In this document: positions 61,095 through 64,000 of the stretch, in pieces
Position numbering within the stretch: the stretch's first letter is position 1
How the letters are laid out: every line of letters starts with the position of its first letter
Assembly (NCBI GenBank): GCA_964276515.1
Contig: OZ193909.1
Span: 12,152,001 to 12,216,000, forward strand
DNA from: Gordius albopunctatus
Lineage: Eukaryota
Direction: 5' to 3'
Length of the DNA stretch: 64,000 nt
The notes under the pieces: model-generated
Databases searched by the model: none
What the model saw: the letters and a program-made list of their open reading frames with translations, nothing else
Told to the model about the DNA's origin: nothing
Made by a program: the position numbers and the translations under genes

Positions 61095-63310
61095 TCAGAG
61101 ACTGCTCGAAGTTGAGGCCGTTGGGAGGGGATACTTTGAAGGGAAATGGGAGGTAGAAAAGTTTTTCCAAGTGTATCTGTTTTGCATTATGAGGATTATA
61201 GTATTCCACTCGTGGTTAAGAGAGCGGAGTTCAGAAAAAGTTTTGTGGATCCAGGAACCTCGACATTTTAGATTTTTAAGTTGGGGGGGGGTCTCCATAG
61301 AATTGAACTTAAGCAAATGTTGAGTCCATTGCGTCTAGTCTGGTGGGCTAGGAAGTTACACTTCCGGGATATAATTATGCTTTTTATTGGAGGGATTTCG
61401 CAAAGGGTCCAAAGGTTTGGATTGCTAATTACCTCAGGGTAGAATATTTTACAAATTATTCTTAGCATTTTATTTAGTTTGGTTTGGGCAGCTTTTAGGG
61501 TCGAGCCTTTTAGGGACCATGTTTCGCATCCATAGAGGAATATAGGTAATATGGTGGTTTTAATCGAATAGCAGGAATAAACTCCCGTTAGTGCTTTAGA
61601 TAATTTATTAGAGGCATCTTGGTGGGAATATGTGTCTGAAGAAAGGGTCGATCCTAAGTAGTTTATTGATTCTGAAAAGGGGATTAATGTGTTGTTAATA
61701 GTCAAGGTAGTATTTTGGTGGGGTAAGTTAATAGATAGCATATTGGACTTGCTTGGGTTAATTATTAAACCGGCTTTCTTGGATTCTAAGACGAATCTAT
61801 CGGCAAAGTTCTGTGTTTTGAGAATTGAATCCGATATGATGCATAAATCGTCAGCAAATAGCAGTGAAGACACTTTGATGCCGTTCATGTGGATACCGTC
61901 GTAAGGAAGGGTGGATCTTTTAATTATGAAATCCATTGCCGTAATGAATAGTAGAAGAGATAGTGGACATCCCTGTCTAACTCCTAAATTGACTTGTATT
62001 GGGTTTGAGCGGTGGTGTAGATGTTTTATGACCACTTTCATGTCTTTGTACAGAAAGAAGATAAGTCTAATAATTTTTTTGGGGATTCCTAGTAGACATA
62101 AAGATTCCCATATGTAAAGGTTGGATAGGGAGTCGAAAGCTTTATGAATGTCGACAAATGTTAGGACTAAAGGAGATTTAGATTTAGAGGAGATGTCAAT
62201 AATATTTTTGAGGGTCAGGATGTGTTCAATTGTGGTTTTTGACTTACGAAAGCCGGCTTGGTTACTTTTTAAATTAACGTCAATAAATTGATATATCCTC
62301 CTGTATATTATTTTTATAAAAACCTTGGAAATGTTATTAATAATTGTGATCCCTCAAAAATTATCGGGAAGGGATGGGTCTCCTTTTTTATAGATTTTAC
62401 TAAGTAGACCAGTAGACCAAGCGTGGGGGATGATCTCTTGTTGCCAGATTTTTGTGAAGAGTTGATGCAAGAGTTCGCTAGATAGGGTGTAATCAGCTTT
62501 AAGGGCTTCCGCTGTGATTTTGTCTGCATCAGGTGCTTTATGAAGTTTGAGGGATTTTAACACGTATTTTATTTCATTCAAGGAGGGTGGTTCTACTCTG
62601 ATAGAAGGGATGGTGGGTGTTTTGAAGTTATTAATGAATTCAAGGAATATGTCGGAACAGGGGATTGAATAAGGGCGATCTAGAATGGAACAAAAGTGGT
62701 TCTCTCAAGCCTTCGTTTGGATCAAAAAATCGTTGGAGCTATGTTCGTTTTGTATTGTGTTGTAGTTATATTTATCTGCAAGTTTTGCGGTGATGTTCCT
62801 GAGCACTTTGTAAAGGATGTGTGTACTGTTTGTGCGAGCAGCAGATTCTGCTTCATTTAGTTTTCTTGATAAGTAATTAGCCTTGTCCTTTTTTATTGCC
62901 GCTTTAATCTTTTTAGTGAGATGTTGGACCCATGCTTTTTTATTTCTAAGTGTCTTATCCTTAAAGACTTTATACCGGGACTCGAGTAGATTAATGTTAT
63001 CGATGGAGAACCAGGACTTAATGTTGATATGAAGATGGTTACTCTGGGATGGGGTAAAAAACTTTGCTAAAGTGTCATTGTGGTCATTGACTGAGAGGGG
63101 GGGCAAGATCACCAAGTGCCTTCGAGTCTGTTTGTAATCTGGACTCAAGTTGAGAGATGTCTCTGATTATGTTTGCTCGAGATGGGTATTTTTTCAGTTT
63201 TTTTGACGAGTGGAGAGAGGAAGGATTAATAAAGAGATCGGTTGAGATGACAAAATGATCTGTTTTTAAGAGAGGCTGAAAGGTGTGGAAGTTCTTTATC
63301 ATTTTGTGGT
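61095..63310 (-). mobile_element. Degenerate non-LTR retrotransposon (RTE/RTEX-like; end of APE plus RT)
   Basis: KTDHFVI, LKLHKAPDADKITAE, IYKKGD, FVDIHKAFDS, GVRQGCPLS, LLFADD, FLYGCETW. Several frameshifts. Confidence 0.88.
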
Positions 63311-64000
63311 TTCTTAGTTGGCATTTATTTTTATCTTTGATAGATCATCCTTAATGTTGAATTCTATTAATTCTTACACAATCACTGCCAAATTACCGCA
63401 TCACTGTTCTAGTTAACGTAAAATTCTAATTTTTGTACTTCTGTAGTGTTTCATACATTGCCTTAATTGATTTTTAATTTAATTGACTAATTTACATGAC
63501 CTTACTACTTCGCGACGTTAATTGACCAATCACATACCTCCCGGTTTCACAACAAAATGTAATTGATTTATTCAATTAATTCGCGATTATATAAAGGAGT
63601 TTAAAACACTTCTTACAAAACTTACGAACTCTTTTCGTTTCCCTTTTTTGCTATCATGAAATAAAATAAATTCTTACTTTAAACTTCTCCTACTGACATT
63701 TATAACACAGACGCACCATTAATCAAGATCCATAAGATATTTAAAGAAAACTAACTTATGTCAAAATAATACTCGTTATTGTAAAAAGAAAACCAATCGA
63801 GGTCAGCATGAATGTAAAAAAGATATAATGTATTGAATGTATGATATTTGAGATCATTATTATTTTGTACTGATGGAAATTGATCATAAGATTATATTGT
63901 GAAATAAAGTGTAAAATTATTATATACTGGAACAGAAATCAAATTTAAATAAGAAACATAAAATATCTATATAATCACCACTATTCCATGTGCTCATCAA

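Noticed and set aside
1..64000. Species assignment
   Set aside because: Gene content points to an invertebrate metazoan, but the taxon cannot be established without a database search.

Overview
AT-rich, intron-containing, transposon-dense DNA from a metazoan, probably an invertebrate. I see no prokaryotic features, CRISPR arrays or intact RNA genes. Manual splicing on both strands recovers five host genes. (1) The last two exons of neurofibromin (NF1, +). (2) A single-exon BTB/POZ-only protein (-). (3) A signal peptide + isolated ZP-N + transmembrane protein with a long cytoplasmic tail (papillote-like, +). (4) An 8-exon, 341-aa D-aspartate/D-amino-acid oxidase (-, 15194-35779) that ends in LIKK and has no peroxisomal PTS1. 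(5) Condensin II kleisin NCAPH2 (-). Several predicted introns are only 32-41 nt long, while others are 7-12 kb and full of nested elements. The elements include DINE-1/HINE-like Helentron derivatives with tRNA-derived B-boxes, Helitrons, hAT elements with perfect 8-bp TSDs, a PIF/Harbinger MITE, a piggyBac fossil plus its own MITE, Gypsy LTR fragments, RTE and CRE-like LINEs, and MULE transposases. One MULE forms a 4.5-kb palindrome with ~1.5-kb coding arms. Gene models and family calls come from motif recognition by eye; no searches or alignments were run.
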